Origin: a virus
Taxonomy: Duplodnaviria > Caudoviricetes
Direction: 5' to 3' (one strand)
IMG/VR virus record: IMGVR_UViG_3300032305_003086
Span: 1-64,000 of that record
DNA: 64,000 nt
The notes under the pieces: model-generated
The model's database searches: none
What the model was told of the DNA's origin: nothing
The model's input: the letters and a program-made list of their open reading frames with translations, nothing else
Translations under genes and position numbers: made by a program
Shown here: positions 37,259 to 46,786 of the stretch, piece after piece
Layout: each line of letters begins with the position of its first letter
How positions within the stretch are numbered: position 1 is the first letter of the stretch

Positions 37259-38296
37259 TCAACTTTTATTTAAAATATTTAAAAATATTTTTTCTAACTC
37301 CTTGATGTTATCTATTAAAAAATCATAATCTGAGCTATTTTCGATAATTGATTCTAATTCATAAGAATAATTAATTATTTCTGCTACTTTATATTTTGCT
37401 AAATTATAATTTTCAAGAGAAAAATCTTCACATTGCTCTTCTAAATTTAAATTAGTATATATTTTATTAGTAAGCTTAGGTTTTTCAAAATTTAAAAAAT
37501 TGCCATCTTCGATCCAATTATCAATTTCTTCTGATATTATATCAAATTTATTAATTTTTAATTCTTCTGACAATTCAAATAGCCAAACTTCGTCGGTTGG
37601 TAACTGTGCCGCTTCGCAATCAAAATTGAATTCTCTTGTTGAATCGCTCCAAATTTCTGCGGTGGAGACAAAGAAAACTTGCCCTAGTAAATCCATCATG
37701 TCAACATAAAATAAAGAACGATGTTCATTTCTAAATAGCCACAATCTCTTTTCTTCTTTGCTCAATTCGCCAATAGCTACAGCCATATGCGACTCACAAG
37801 CCATTGACCATAGATTATTGATTCCCAATAATCTATTTTCTATTTTTTCTTCATTTTTATAAAATCCACTTTGAAATAATCTTAATAAAATTTCAGAATC
37901 GCATAATGTGTGAACTTCATATTTATTTTTCAAAAAATTATAAACATGATTTGGAACTCTGCCATTGTGAATTAAAGCGATAGATAAGTCTTCATTTACA
38001 AAAGGATGATTATTCTTATTATCTCTTGGAAGACCAGAGCCAGAAGAAGCCTCCCTAGCATGACATAAAAGCAAATTTGGATTTAGATCTTTGATATTTT
38101 TCCAAATATTTTTATTTACAAAATTGGAAGAACGAGTTGGTTCTTTATGATAAAGAATTTTATTATTTTTATTTGATCCCCAAAAACCAGACGCATCTTT
38201 GCCCCTAATTTCTAAATTATCAAATAAATTTGATATTATTCTAAAGCTAACATCAGGATCTTTTGAATTACCTATAAAACCTGCTATGCCACAAAT
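37259..38296 (-). CDS. Class II glutamine amidotransferase (Ntn hydrolase) with non-canonical ATT start
   Basis: The frame stays open upstream of the track ORF: ATT-CGIAGFIG...RGKDASG...CHAREAS...NNHPF...HNG...CDSE. GAGGTG RBS lies 4 nt before the ATT. Confidence 0.88.
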   Translation of the reverse strand: MCGIAGFIGNSKDPDVSFRIISNLFDNLEIRGKDASGFWGSNKNNKILYHKEPTRSSNFVNKNIWKNIKDLNPNLLLCHAREASSGSGLPRDNKNNHPFVNEDLSIALIHNGRVPNHVYNFLKNKYEVHTLCDSEILLRLFQSGFYKNEEKIENRLLGINNLWSMACESHMAVAIGELSKEEKRLWLFRNEHRSLFYVDMMDLLGQVFFVSTAEIWSDSTREFNFDCEAAQLPTDEVWLFELSEELKINKFDIISEEIDNWIEDGNFLNFEKPKLTNKIYTNLNLEEQCEDFSLENYNLAKYKVAEIINYSYELESIIENSSDYDFLIDNIKELEKIFLNILNKS

Positions 38297-38309
38297 AAAA
38301 CACCTCTAT

Positions 38310-38669
38310 TCATTCCGGAGAACCTATATTATTTATAGGAGCGTCTAATTTAGAAGACATTTGCTTGAGAGTTGAGAGACAAGAAGATAAAACAGAATTT
38401 AAGTCTGGCCTGTTCTCTCTTTTTGGATCTAGACTCATAGAAATATTAGCGGCACAATTCTGAAGGGTCTTTAGATTTGCCCCTAATTTTGAATTCCACT
38501 TGGTTCTGAGCAGTCTTGCTCTTATTTGATTAACTATTTCTTTTGCTTTTTTATCTTTTCCGAGTGCAACGGGATCTTGAGTCAAATCTTGAATAGAGTT
38601 CATTATATCCCCAAGTCTTTGAGAAAATAAAACTTGGTTTTCAATTATTAAGTAATTTTTAAATTCCAT
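38310..38669 (-). CDS. Hypothetical protein with capsid-targeting-like N-terminus
   Basis: Starts MEFKNYLIIE. Confidence 0.7.
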   Translation of the reverse strand: MEFKNYLIIENQVLFSQRLGDIMNSIQDLTQDPVALGKDKKAKEIVNQIRARLLRTKWNSKLGANLKTLQNCAANISMSLDPKRENRPDLNSVLSSCLSTLKQMSSKLDAPINNIGSPE

Positions 38670-38670
38670 A

Positions 38671-39066
38671 TTAGTGATTGATATAACATTCGAGTTTAGG
38701 TTTAGTTTTATTTTTAATTTGCTTTTCTATTTGCAAATTTTTAACCGCTTTGTAAGATTTTGTTGCTTGATGAATATTTTCTGCTGATCCTTTGAGCAGC
38801 AAATCTTCAGGCTTATAGAGATTTTTATGACTATATTCTAAATCTATTTCTTCTTTTATATATCCATTTTCATCATATTTTTGATCGGATACTTTGGGAA
38901 CGCAATAACAAGTAAAACAAATTTTCGGATAAAGCCTATTGTCTACAAAAGGTTTATTTTTATGAGAAATTACACATAAGTCCATGTATTGGCCACATAT
39001 TGGGCAATTATCAGACTTTTTTTTATCTTTTTTCTCTGCTTTGAAATTTATTTTAATTTTCTTCAT
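38671..39066 (-). CDS. Zn-finger hypothetical protein
   Basis: CPIC...CFTC. Confidence 0.65.
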   Translation of the reverse strand: MKKIKINFKAEKKDKKKSDNCPICGQYMDLCVISHKNKPFVDNRLYPKICFTCYCVPKVSDQKYDENGYIKEEIDLEYSHKNLYKPEDLLLKGSAENIHQATKSYKAVKNLQIEKQIKNKTKPKLECYINH

Positions 39067-39069
39067 TAT

Positions 39070-39489
39070 TTAAGTTCCAGTAGAGCCAAAACCTCCTTCG
39101 CCTCTTTGAGTATACGAAAGATCTTCGACAATTTCAAACTCAAAATTAAAATGCTTTTCAATTATTAATTGTGCGATTCTATCACCAATATTAATTTTAA
39201 AATAATTTTCTTTGTCTGTATTGAATAAAATTACTTTAATTTCTCCTCTATAGGAACTATCTACAACTCCTGCCAGAACATCAATTCCATTCTTGTAAGC
39301 AAGTCCAGATCTTGGAGCTATTCTGCCGTAATGACCTTCTGGAATCTCTAATGAGATGCCTGTTGAAATTGCTTTTCTTTCAAGAGGATTTAAAATGAAA
39401 TCTTCAACAGAACAAAGATCCGCTCCCGCGTCTGACGGGTTTGCTCTCATTGGAATCTTTGCTTCTTTTGATAAAAATTTTATTTTCAT
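39070..39489 (-). CDS. dut: Trimeric dUTPase
   Basis: AGADL, PRSG, GVVDSSYRGE, RIAQL and RGEGGFGSTG. Confidence 0.97.
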   Translation of the reverse strand: MKIKFLSKEAKIPMRANPSDAGADLCSVEDFILNPLERKAISTGISLEIPEGHYGRIAPRSGLAYKNGIDVLAGVVDSSYRGEIKVILFNTDKENYFKINIGDRIAQLIIEKHFNFEFEIVEDLSYTQRGEGGFGSTGT

Positions 39490-39839
39490 ATATTAATTTC
39501 TTCTAAATTTATACCCTTATCTCTTTGAATGCTGTATGAGTAGGCAGTTATAGATCCATCCGGTTTCGTGTCATTTATTACAATTCTTGGACCTGTTGGC
39601 AGATTGCATATAATTAGATCATAACGAAGATTGAATTTTTTCATAAAACTTTCAATTCGATTTTTATGATTTGCTTCTTCTCTTCCTGTCGTAATGATTA
39701 CAAAATCGTCATTTTTTATTATTGTATTAAAGAAATCGATTGTGGTGGGTAAAATTTCATCTACATCTCCGTGGTAGCTTTTTTGAGCAACAAGGGTGCC
39801 GTCAAAGTCTAAGAACCAGGTTTTTCTATTGTCAACCAC
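39486..39839 (-). CDS. Small HAD-superfamily phosphatase-like protein
   Basis: FLDFDGTL, ITTGR and INDTKP; GTG start. Confidence 0.75.
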   Translation of the reverse strand: MVDNRKTWFLDFDGTLVAQKSYHGDVDEILPTTIDFFNTIIKNDDFVIITTGREEANHKNRIESFMKKFNLRYDLIICNLPTGPRIVINDTKPDGSITAYSYSIQRDKGINLEEINI

Positions 39840-39841
39840 TT

Positions 39842-41491
39842 TTAGGCCTCACAAGAAGAGCAGGTGAGAATGGATCTAGCTAATTCTTGAGCAGGATTTG
39901 CACTTCTTTGATAGTAGAAAGTTTTAACACCCATTTCCCAACCTTCAATCAACAAAGAATTAACTTCTTTTGGAGATGTATTTGGAGGAATCATTAGATT
40001 TAGTGACTGAGATTGATCGATATGCTTCTGACGTTGGGCCGCTTGAATGACAATTTCTTTCTGGCTGATTTCTCCAAAAGTTTTAAAAACATTTTTCTCT
40101 TGTTCCGATAAGAAATCTAAGTGTTGGACCGACCCTCCCTTTACCAATATGCTTTTCCAAACTTCATCATTGTTTTTTTCATATTTTTTAAGAATTTCTT
40201 TAAGGAAGGGATTTTTATAAGTGAATTTGCCCTTGGCTAAATTTTTTACAAAATAATTAGAATTGAGCGGCTCTATAGAAGGGCTTACTTGACCTAAAAT
40301 AAAACTGCTTGAAGTTGTAGGGGCGACAGCCAAAGTGGTCACATTTCTTCTTCCATAGCCTTTTAGAAGTTCTGGCTCTCCGTACTCTTTCGCCAAAGAT
40401 TCGGTTGCATTATCAGCTCTCTCTCTGATTATCTTCCAAACATCAACATTCAAATACTTTGCTTCCATTGATTCAAATGCAATCATTTTAGATTGCAACA
40501 AAGAATGCCAACCCAAAACTCCCATTCCTAAAGCTCTTTGAGCTTTAGCAAAATTATGGGCGGCTTCCATGTACTTTACATTTTTTGTTTTATCAATAAA
40601 TTCTTCGTTAACAGCATCAAGAAAATAAACTAAAGTTTCTACAGCATCGGTGTCTTTGATCTCATCCCAATGAAGCAAATTAAGACTTGATAAAACACAT
40701 ACAAAAGAGTTTTTTTCATCAGAAAAAAGTTGAATTTCAGAACATAAATTTGAACTTTTTATTTTTAAATTTTTATCTTTATAAACTTGTGGAGCTTGTT
40801 TGTTAGTTGTATCAACAAACATTATATAAGGATAACCAGTTTCAAATCTTTTTTGAATTACCTTCGCCCATATTTTTCTTTTATCTTTATCTCCATTTAT
40901 TAGTCCCTCCATAAACTCATCAGTAACGGTAACTCCAATGCTCATATTTTGTATAGAATGCCCTTCAGATCTAATTTGAAGAAATTCTTCTATATCATTG
41001 TGCTCTATTGGCATGTAGGCAGCAAACGAGCCTCTTCTGGCGCTTCCTTGGCTAATTACATCTGCGACTTTGTCATAAATTTCCATAAAATGAACAGCAC
41101 CGCTACTTTCTCCACCAACACTAATCTTGGTTCCTCTTGGTCTCAAGGATCCAAAATAACCTGATGTCCCTCCGCCTAACTTGCTCATCATTCCAACTTC
41201 CGCAGCTTTAGTTAATATTTCTTCCATCTTATCTTGAATGAAGCTGCCGAAGCAACTAACCGGAAGCCCCCGATTATTGCCAAAATTAGTCCAAACAGGC
41301 GTAGCAAGGCTGTAAAAGCCCTTTGCCATATAATTTTGAAACTTATCAGAGAAACCTTTTAATTTAAGAATTTTCTCTGCATTATCTGCAATTTGTTTGA
41401 TTCTAGCCTCTGGCGTAACGCCCTCTTCTAGATATCCTCTTTCCAAAAAAAGGCGGCTGTGGCTGTTGAGCCAATAATATTCTTTGTTCAT
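39842..41491 (-). CDS. nrdA: Ribonucleotide reductase class I alpha subunit (no ATP cone)
   Basis: SCF, SNLCSEI, CVLSS, APTTSSS, KTFYYQRS and C-terminal CSSC. Confidence 0.97.
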   Translation of the reverse strand: MNKEYYWLNSHSRLFLERGYLEEGVTPEARIKQIADNAEKILKLKGFSDKFQNYMAKGFYSLATPVWTNFGNNRGLPVSCFGSFIQDKMEEILTKAAEVGMMSKLGGGTSGYFGSLRPRGTKISVGGESSGAVHFMEIYDKVADVISQGSARRGSFAAYMPIEHNDIEEFLQIRSEGHSIQNMSIGVTVTDEFMEGLINGDKDKRKIWAKVIQKRFETGYPYIMFVDTTNKQAPQVYKDKNLKIKSSNLCSEIQLFSDEKNSFVCVLSSLNLLHWDEIKDTDAVETLVYFLDAVNEEFIDKTKNVKYMEAAHNFAKAQRALGMGVLGWHSLLQSKMIAFESMEAKYLNVDVWKIIRERADNATESLAKEYGEPELLKGYGRRNVTTLAVAPTTSSSFILGQVSPSIEPLNSNYFVKNLAKGKFTYKNPFLKEILKKYEKNNDEVWKSILVKGGSVQHLDFLSEQEKNVFKTFGEISQKEIVIQAAQRQKHIDQSQSLNLMIPPNTSPKEVNSLLIEGWEMGVKTFYYQRSANPAQELARSILTCSSCEA

Positions 41492-41561
41492 TTTTTACTT
41501 AATAAAATTGTTGATGAGAATAGGCATTATACACAAAAAAAACAGAAAAAACAGGCAACAA

Positions 41562-42533
41562 TCAAAATAAATCTTCTTCAGAAAAACTTTGAGATTTTTT
41601 GCTGTATTCGGTTGGACGAGAATGAAAGAAATCTGACATGTTGTTTCCTAAAACCTGCTCGTCAAACCAAACTGTTTTTGACAATAATTCTCTATTTACA
41701 TCGAAAATTTCATTATAGCCGATCTGCTTTAAAGATTCATTCATTCTATTTTTTATAAATTCTTTAAGTATCTCTGAACTAAGTTTTTCAGCTTTGTGTC
41801 CATTTACAATCCATTCTACTATTTTCATTTCATGACTAACTGCTTCTTTTGCTTCGCTAATTATTTTTTCTTCTAATTCTTTATCAAATAATTCTGGGTA
41901 TTCTTTTCTGATAACATTAATGATCTTCATCCCAATCATTGCGTGTAGATTTTCTTCTCTTGAAGTATATTCTACTTGTTTGTTTGTGTCTTTCAATAAA
42001 TTTCTGTACCTTCCAAACCAGCTTATTGTATAGAATTGCGAGAATAGAGCTATGTTCTCAACGAACAAAGTGAAAAGTATCAAGGAATAAATAAATTGCT
42101 TTTTATTATCTGTGTGGAATCTGCGCAGATGCTTTCTTAAGTAATTTACTCTTCCCTTAATAATATCTAGTTCCAATATATTATCAAAAGCATCATCTAT
42201 TCCAAGAACTTCAAGTAGACGTTCATAAGCGTCTCCGTGAATAACCTCGGTATTTGCCATAACGTAGCCCATGTCATTGATAGAAGGGTGCGGCAAATTA
42301 TCGCCAATTTTCGCCCAAAATTTCTTGACCGAAATTTCAAGTTGGCCAATAGTAGCAAGTGCTCTAGTAATTATTTCTCTCTCTTGATCTGTAAGAGAAA
42401 CTCTAAAGTCTTGAACGTCACTTTGAAAAGAAAATTCTTTATCTGTCCAAAATCCATTATGCATAGAAGAGATAAACTCTTGCGTCCATGGGTATTGGTC
42501 AGGCTTGCGACTAATTTGCTCATCAAAAATCAT
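41562..42533 (-). CDS. nrdB: Ribonucleotide reductase class I beta subunit, class Id-like
   Basis: QLEISVK, EVIHGDAY, VENIALFSQF, EENLH and DFFHSRPTEY. Confidence 0.95.
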   Translation of the reverse strand: MIFDEQISRKPDQYPWTQEFISSMHNGFWTDKEFSFQSDVQDFRVSLTDQEREIITRALATIGQLEISVKKFWAKIGDNLPHPSINDMGYVMANTEVIHGDAYERLLEVLGIDDAFDNILELDIIKGRVNYLRKHLRRFHTDNKKQFIYSLILFTLFVENIALFSQFYTISWFGRYRNLLKDTNKQVEYTSREENLHAMIGMKIINVIRKEYPELFDKELEEKIISEAKEAVSHEMKIVEWIVNGHKAEKLSSEILKEFIKNRMNESLKQIGYNEIFDVNRELLSKTVWFDEQVLGNNMSDFFHSRPTEYSKKSQSFSEEDLF

Positions 42534-42596
42534 AAAATCTCCTGGCTAGTTTAAAATATGTTTGTAGGTATATCTAAGTTTGATAAAAAAAATTTT

Positions 42597-44600
42597 TCAA
42601 ATTTTTTTTATTTTGGTAAAACCACCCTTTTTTTCTAATCTTATTAATTCACAACCCTCTAATAAATCTAATAAGTTTTGATCATGAGTAGTTATAAATA
42701 CTTTTCTGTCCTTGGATAATTCAGTAATCATATTATACACTCCATAAACTCCAATTGGATCTATATTGGTGGTGACTTCATCTAAAAAAACAATTGATGG
42801 ACAAACTCCTGAACTTAGAGACATAACATAGGCGAAAGCCTGGGAAACGGCAAGATTTAATCTTCTTCTTTCTCCTCCACTCATAGCATGATAAACAAAA
42901 GGATCTCCATCTGATGGGTTTCTTTCTATTTTTTCTTCTAGTTCATTATTGAATTCCAACTTGGTTTTTCCATCTATTAAAAATTGTAACCAATAAGCAA
43001 TTCTAGAATTTAGTGCTGGTATTACGCCATCTATTACAAATTTCCTTATTCCAGTATCTCCAAATGCAGTGACCCAAAAATCATAATAAGGCAAATCTTT
43101 TTCTAATTCTTCCAATTCTTTTTTCTTATTGAATAGAATGTTTCTATTTTCAATAAGATCTTCACTTATAGAATTAATTATTTTAATAAAAGGACTTTCA
43201 TTTAGTTCTTTATTCTTATTAATTATTTGATCTTCTAGATTATTAATTTTTTCTTCAATGATTTGATTAGAAACATTTTTATTTTGCGGCTTTTCAATCT
43301 TATTTAAATCTTGTAGTCTTTTTCTTTTTTTTGTTAATAAAGTATTATTATTATCTAAACTTAACTTTGCTGACTGTAGACCTTTATTTATTTTATTCAA
43401 CACCAACTCTACATCAGAAGACTCTGAAACAACGCGTTCTTTTTCACTATTTTTAGTTAATATTTCTGATTCTAGCTCCAGTATCTTTTTCCTAATCTCA
43501 GATACATATTTTTTATAATTATCTTCTGATACCTCTCCTAAGCAAAACTTACACTTTGAACCCTTATTTTCTTCAAATTTGTTTATTTCTTTTACACAAT
43601 CTTTTATGTTAGATTTTATTTTTTCTATAGAAGCGTCAACATTATCTATTTTAATTGTAAGGCTGTTAAAGTTTCTATTAGTTAGATTTATTTTATCTTT
43701 TGCTAAACTTATTATTTCTTCTAGTTCGCTTTGTTTTTCTTCTAACTCAGATAGGTTTTTATTTATAGAATCAATTTCTTTTTGTGATTCTAAGTATAAA
43801 GAAATTTCTTGACCCTCATCGGTTGAAGAAAGGCTTTCTTTTAATTCTTTTATCTTGTTTTCAAAATCTTTAATTTCTTTTTTCTTTTGAACATTCCATT
43901 CTTTTTCTTGATTTTTTGTTGTTTCTAATCTAGATTCTATCTGTTTTATCTGTGCGGATAGAGTTTCATGCTCATAAGAAACGCTTTTTATCGAGTCTTT
44001 TTTATCCTTCTTAATCTCTTTGGCTTTATCTGCAAAATTTCTATATTTATCTAAGGACAATAAGTTTTCTACTATTTGTCTCTTATCATTGGCATCACAT
44101 TCTAAAAAGCTGCCCGCATTATTATCAGTGAATATAAGAACATTTACAAAAGTTTCATAATTAAGTCCTATTTTTTCTTCTATTAACTTTTGGGTTGCAG
44201 GAATTCCTCCCAAAGTAATTTCAGTTTCGTCTTTCCACTCATGTTTTGTATCTTCCCAAATTCTAAGGCTATCCGGCTTTCTTGTTCTAATTACTCTAAG
44301 ATCTCCCCATCGAACTTCCGTTTTTAAATTTTTACCAATTTGATTATTAATTACATCTTTATGAGTTATTTTTTTAGGATGCTTTATAGTTTTACCAAAT
44401 AAGGCATAAACAATGATTTCAGGTATAGAACTTTTTCCAACGCCATTACTTGCAACCTTATCATCGATCTCTTTAATGTCTAAATTATTGCCTCTTATTA
44501 GAACAATATTAGAAAAATCTTCAAAATTAAATTCTATACCTTGGGGACCGAAGCACAAAAAGTTTTGTGCAGAAATGTATTTGAAATCTAAATTTTTCAT
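42597..44600 (-). CDS. gp46: Recombination endonuclease ATPase subunit (T4 gp46 / SbcC / Rad50-like)
   Basis: Walker A NGVGKSS, CKFC Zn hook, MSGGE signature and FLDE. Confidence 0.95.
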   Translation of the reverse strand: MKNLDFKYISAQNFLCFGPQGIEFNFEDFSNIVLIRGNNLDIKEIDDKVASNGVGKSSIPEIIVYALFGKTIKHPKKITHKDVINNQIGKNLKTEVRWGDLRVIRTRKPDSLRIWEDTKHEWKDETEITLGGIPATQKLIEEKIGLNYETFVNVLIFTDNNAGSFLECDANDKRQIVENLLSLDKYRNFADKAKEIKKDKKDSIKSVSYEHETLSAQIKQIESRLETTKNQEKEWNVQKKKEIKDFENKIKELKESLSSTDEGQEISLYLESQKEIDSINKNLSELEEKQSELEEIISLAKDKINLTNRNFNSLTIKIDNVDASIEKIKSNIKDCVKEINKFEENKGSKCKFCLGEVSEDNYKKYVSEIRKKILELESEILTKNSEKERVVSESSDVELVLNKINKGLQSAKLSLDNNNTLLTKKRKRLQDLNKIEKPQNKNVSNQIIEEKINNLEDQIINKNKELNESPFIKIINSISEDLIENRNILFNKKKELEELEKDLPYYDFWVTAFGDTGIRKFVIDGVIPALNSRIAYWLQFLIDGKTKLEFNNELEEKIERNPSDGDPFVYHAMSGGERRRLNLAVSQAFAYVMSLSSGVCPSIVFLDEVTTNIDPIGVYGVYNMITELSKDRKVFITTHDQNLLDLLEGCELIRLEKKGGFTKIKKI

Positions 44601-44726
44601 TTTCGATTAGCCAAACAAAAATTGCAATATTAATTCTAAATAGATTATAGATCAAAAATCTTTTAATTACAAGACAAAAGGCTTGTAGAAAAATTTTGAT
44701 CCAAACACTTAAAAAGGAGTTTAAAT

Positions 44727-45596
44727 ATGACACAAACAACAGAAGGAACAGGACCAGGATCGGTTGATAGAGTAAAATCTAGAATACTAAATGGAGATGT
44801 AAAAGATTCTAATCTTGAATTAGTAACAATTATAGATGGTGGCAGCGGAGACCTTGAAAATGTAGAACTTATCAAAGCACCAAACGGAACAGAAAGTTCC
44901 ATGGATGGTAGAGATCTAGTTATAAGAGGCGGAGAAGGTTATGCGACAGCAGGAGAAGAGGACGACGCAGACGGAGGCGATGTACTCATTTCCGGTGGTA
45001 TGCAACATGGAAATGGCGATAGTGGGGATGTAGAGATTAACGGCGGAGACAGTAGCACGGAATTTGATAACTCCGACGCAGGTGAGGTTACCCTCCGTGG
45101 CGGCGACGGACTCGGACCAGGCGACAGCGACGGCGGAGACGTGACGATCAGAGGCGGAGACTGCCAGGCCGAAGGAACCACAGGGGAGGCTGGTGACGTT
45201 ACTCTAAGAGGTGGAAGCTCTTATGGATCCTCTGGAGGAAACGTGCAGATTCTTGGTGGTGACTCGGGGTATTCAGAAGAAGAAGAAGAAGATGACAACG
45301 ACGGCGGAAGCGTAACGATCAGAGGAGGCTCTACGACCAGTAACACATCTCGCGGAGGAGATGTGAACATCGGAGCGGGCAGCGGTAACTACGGCTATGG
45401 CGTTGTTCGTATAGACAACCTACTCAGACTTCCAGTGTTAGCCACCACGGATGCGTTGGATAACTTGATTCCGGAAGGACAAGAAGAAAATGGCATGATA
45501 TGCTATGTGATTGAATTGAATGCATTTGTCGTTAGAGCGAACGGTGCTTGGGCGACACTGAACACCAGCCCTATGATTCCCGATCCAGCCCTATGA
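44727..45596 (+). CDS. Gly/Asp-rich repeat protein, putative fibre or beta-helix structural protein
   Basis: Repeated G-D/E-V-x-I/L-x-GG units; AGGAG RBS; visibly GC-richer than its flanks. Confidence 0.75.
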   Translation: MTQTTEGTGPGSVDRVKSRILNGDVKDSNLELVTIIDGGSGDLENVELIKAPNGTESSMDGRDLVIRGGEGYATAGEEDDADGGDVLISGGMQHGNGDSGDVEINGGDSSTEFDNSDAGEVTLRGGDGLGPGDSDGGDVTIRGGDCQAEGTTGEAGDVTLRGGSSYGSSGGNVQILGGDSGYSEEEEEDDNDGGSVTIRGGSTTSNTSRGGDVNIGAGSGNYGYGVVRIDNLLRLPVLATTDALDNLIPEGQEENGMICYVIELNAFVVRANGAWATLNTSPMIPDPAL

Positions 45597-45604
45597 TTCC
45601 CGAT
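45565..45604 (+). repeat. Perfect 20-bp tandem duplication spanning the stop codon
   Basis: ccagccctatgattcccgat x2. Confidence 0.9.
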
Positions 45605-45630
45605 TTGGCAGGCTGATTTAGTTTTAGTTC

Positions 45631-45668
45631 AGCCCCCTCCCTAAAAGCAGGGAGGGGGCTATTTTATT
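45631..45668 (+). terminator. Rho-independent terminator
   Basis: agccccctccct-aaaagc-agggagggggct followed by attttatt, between convergent genes. Confidence 0.85.
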
Positions 45669-45694
45669 AGTGTCACTATATGTAAAAATTTATC

Positions 45695-46771
45695 TTATTT
45701 TTCTAAAATCATTTTTCCAACTTTTATAAGTTTATTTTTATCTAAATTTTCATTAACTTGATCAACATATTTTTCGATCATTTCATCTTCTTTGAGTAAA
45801 ATTGCTTTTGCATCGGTTATGACATGTTCTTCTTTTTTTACAAACTGTTTAATTTCCATTGTTGCAACTTTTTTTTCTTCTAGTAAGTTTTTTCTAACTT
45901 CCAACATAGAAGAAGATGAAATATCTTTTACCTCTAGTCTTATAAAATTACCCTCTAAATTATAATTATCTAATTCATCTTCGTTTAGTATGTAATGTTT
46001 TGGACTAAATTCATTTTTAATGTAATCACATTTGTCATTTTCAAAATTATAAATTGCTATATGCTTTTCTTGAAAAGCCTCTCCAAAACTTAATTGAAGT
46101 GGAGAACCAATATATTCAACATTATCGGACAGTTTTTGTTGGGCGTGATAATGGCCTAAAAATACTTTACTCCATCCTTTAAATATATCTGGGCCTACTT
46201 TGATCATATCTCCATCATGTTCAATAGCAACCTCAGCATGAGTTCCATACTTTACATTCCAAGTCGCTCCATCAACGGCGATATGACCTCCCATTCTTTT
46301 AGGAGGATTTATATTTTTTTCTTTACAAATTATCTTCCACTCTTTTTCGACTTTTTTCAAATCTTCAATTGGGTTGTGAGTATAAGGTAAAAATCCAAAC
46401 AAATAATTTTTTGAAATCACTTTCACGCAAGGCTCATTTACAACTGTGACGCCAGGTAAATTTCTAAGAGGATTGACCGATGATATGTCGCATTTTTGGT
46501 TGTGCCAAAGATCGTGGTTACCAAGCAAAAGGTATGTGCTGAATTTATTTCTTAATAAATATTTTTCAAATACTTCAAAAGTTTTTTGATAAGTCAAAAC
46601 ATCAATTTTTTGTCTATCATGAAATAGATCTCCCAAAAAAATAATATTTTCTATATTATTTTCTTCAGCAGTTAGAAACACCCAATCCAAAGTTTTTATA
46701 CAATCCTCTAGCCTATCAATAGACTTCTTATGAGGATGAATATGGATGTCGCTAAAAATAAGTGCTTTCAT
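45695..46771 (-). CDS. gp47: Recombination endonuclease nuclease subunit (T4 gp47 / SbcD / Mre11-like)
   Basis: SDIH, GDLFH, GNHD, GHYH and YIGSP metallophosphoesterase motifs. Confidence 0.93.
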   Translation of the reverse strand: MKALIFSDIHIHPHKKSIDRLEDCIKTLDWVFLTAEENNIENIIFLGDLFHDRQKIDVLTYQKTFEVFEKYLLRNKFSTYLLLGNHDLWHNQKCDISSVNPLRNLPGVTVVNEPCVKVISKNYLFGFLPYTHNPIEDLKKVEKEWKIICKEKNINPPKRMGGHIAVDGATWNVKYGTHAEVAIEHDGDMIKVGPDIFKGWSKVFLGHYHAQQKLSDNVEYIGSPLQLSFGEAFQEKHIAIYNFENDKCDYIKNEFSPKHYILNEDELDNYNLEGNFIRLEVKDISSSSMLEVRKNLLEEKKVATMEIKQFVKKEEHVITDAKAILLKEDEMIEKYVDQVNENLDKNKLIKVGKMILEK

Positions 46772-46786
46772 GAATATATCTCAAAT

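Noticed and set aside
37259-38074. Amidotransferase as an N-terminally truncated pseudogene
   Set aside because: The frame is open up to an intact CGIAG N-terminus with an RBS and an ATT codon.
39842-44600. Inteins or introns in nrdA, nrdB or gp46
   Set aside because: The ORFs are continuous and of normal length, with no splice or homing-endonuclease motifs.
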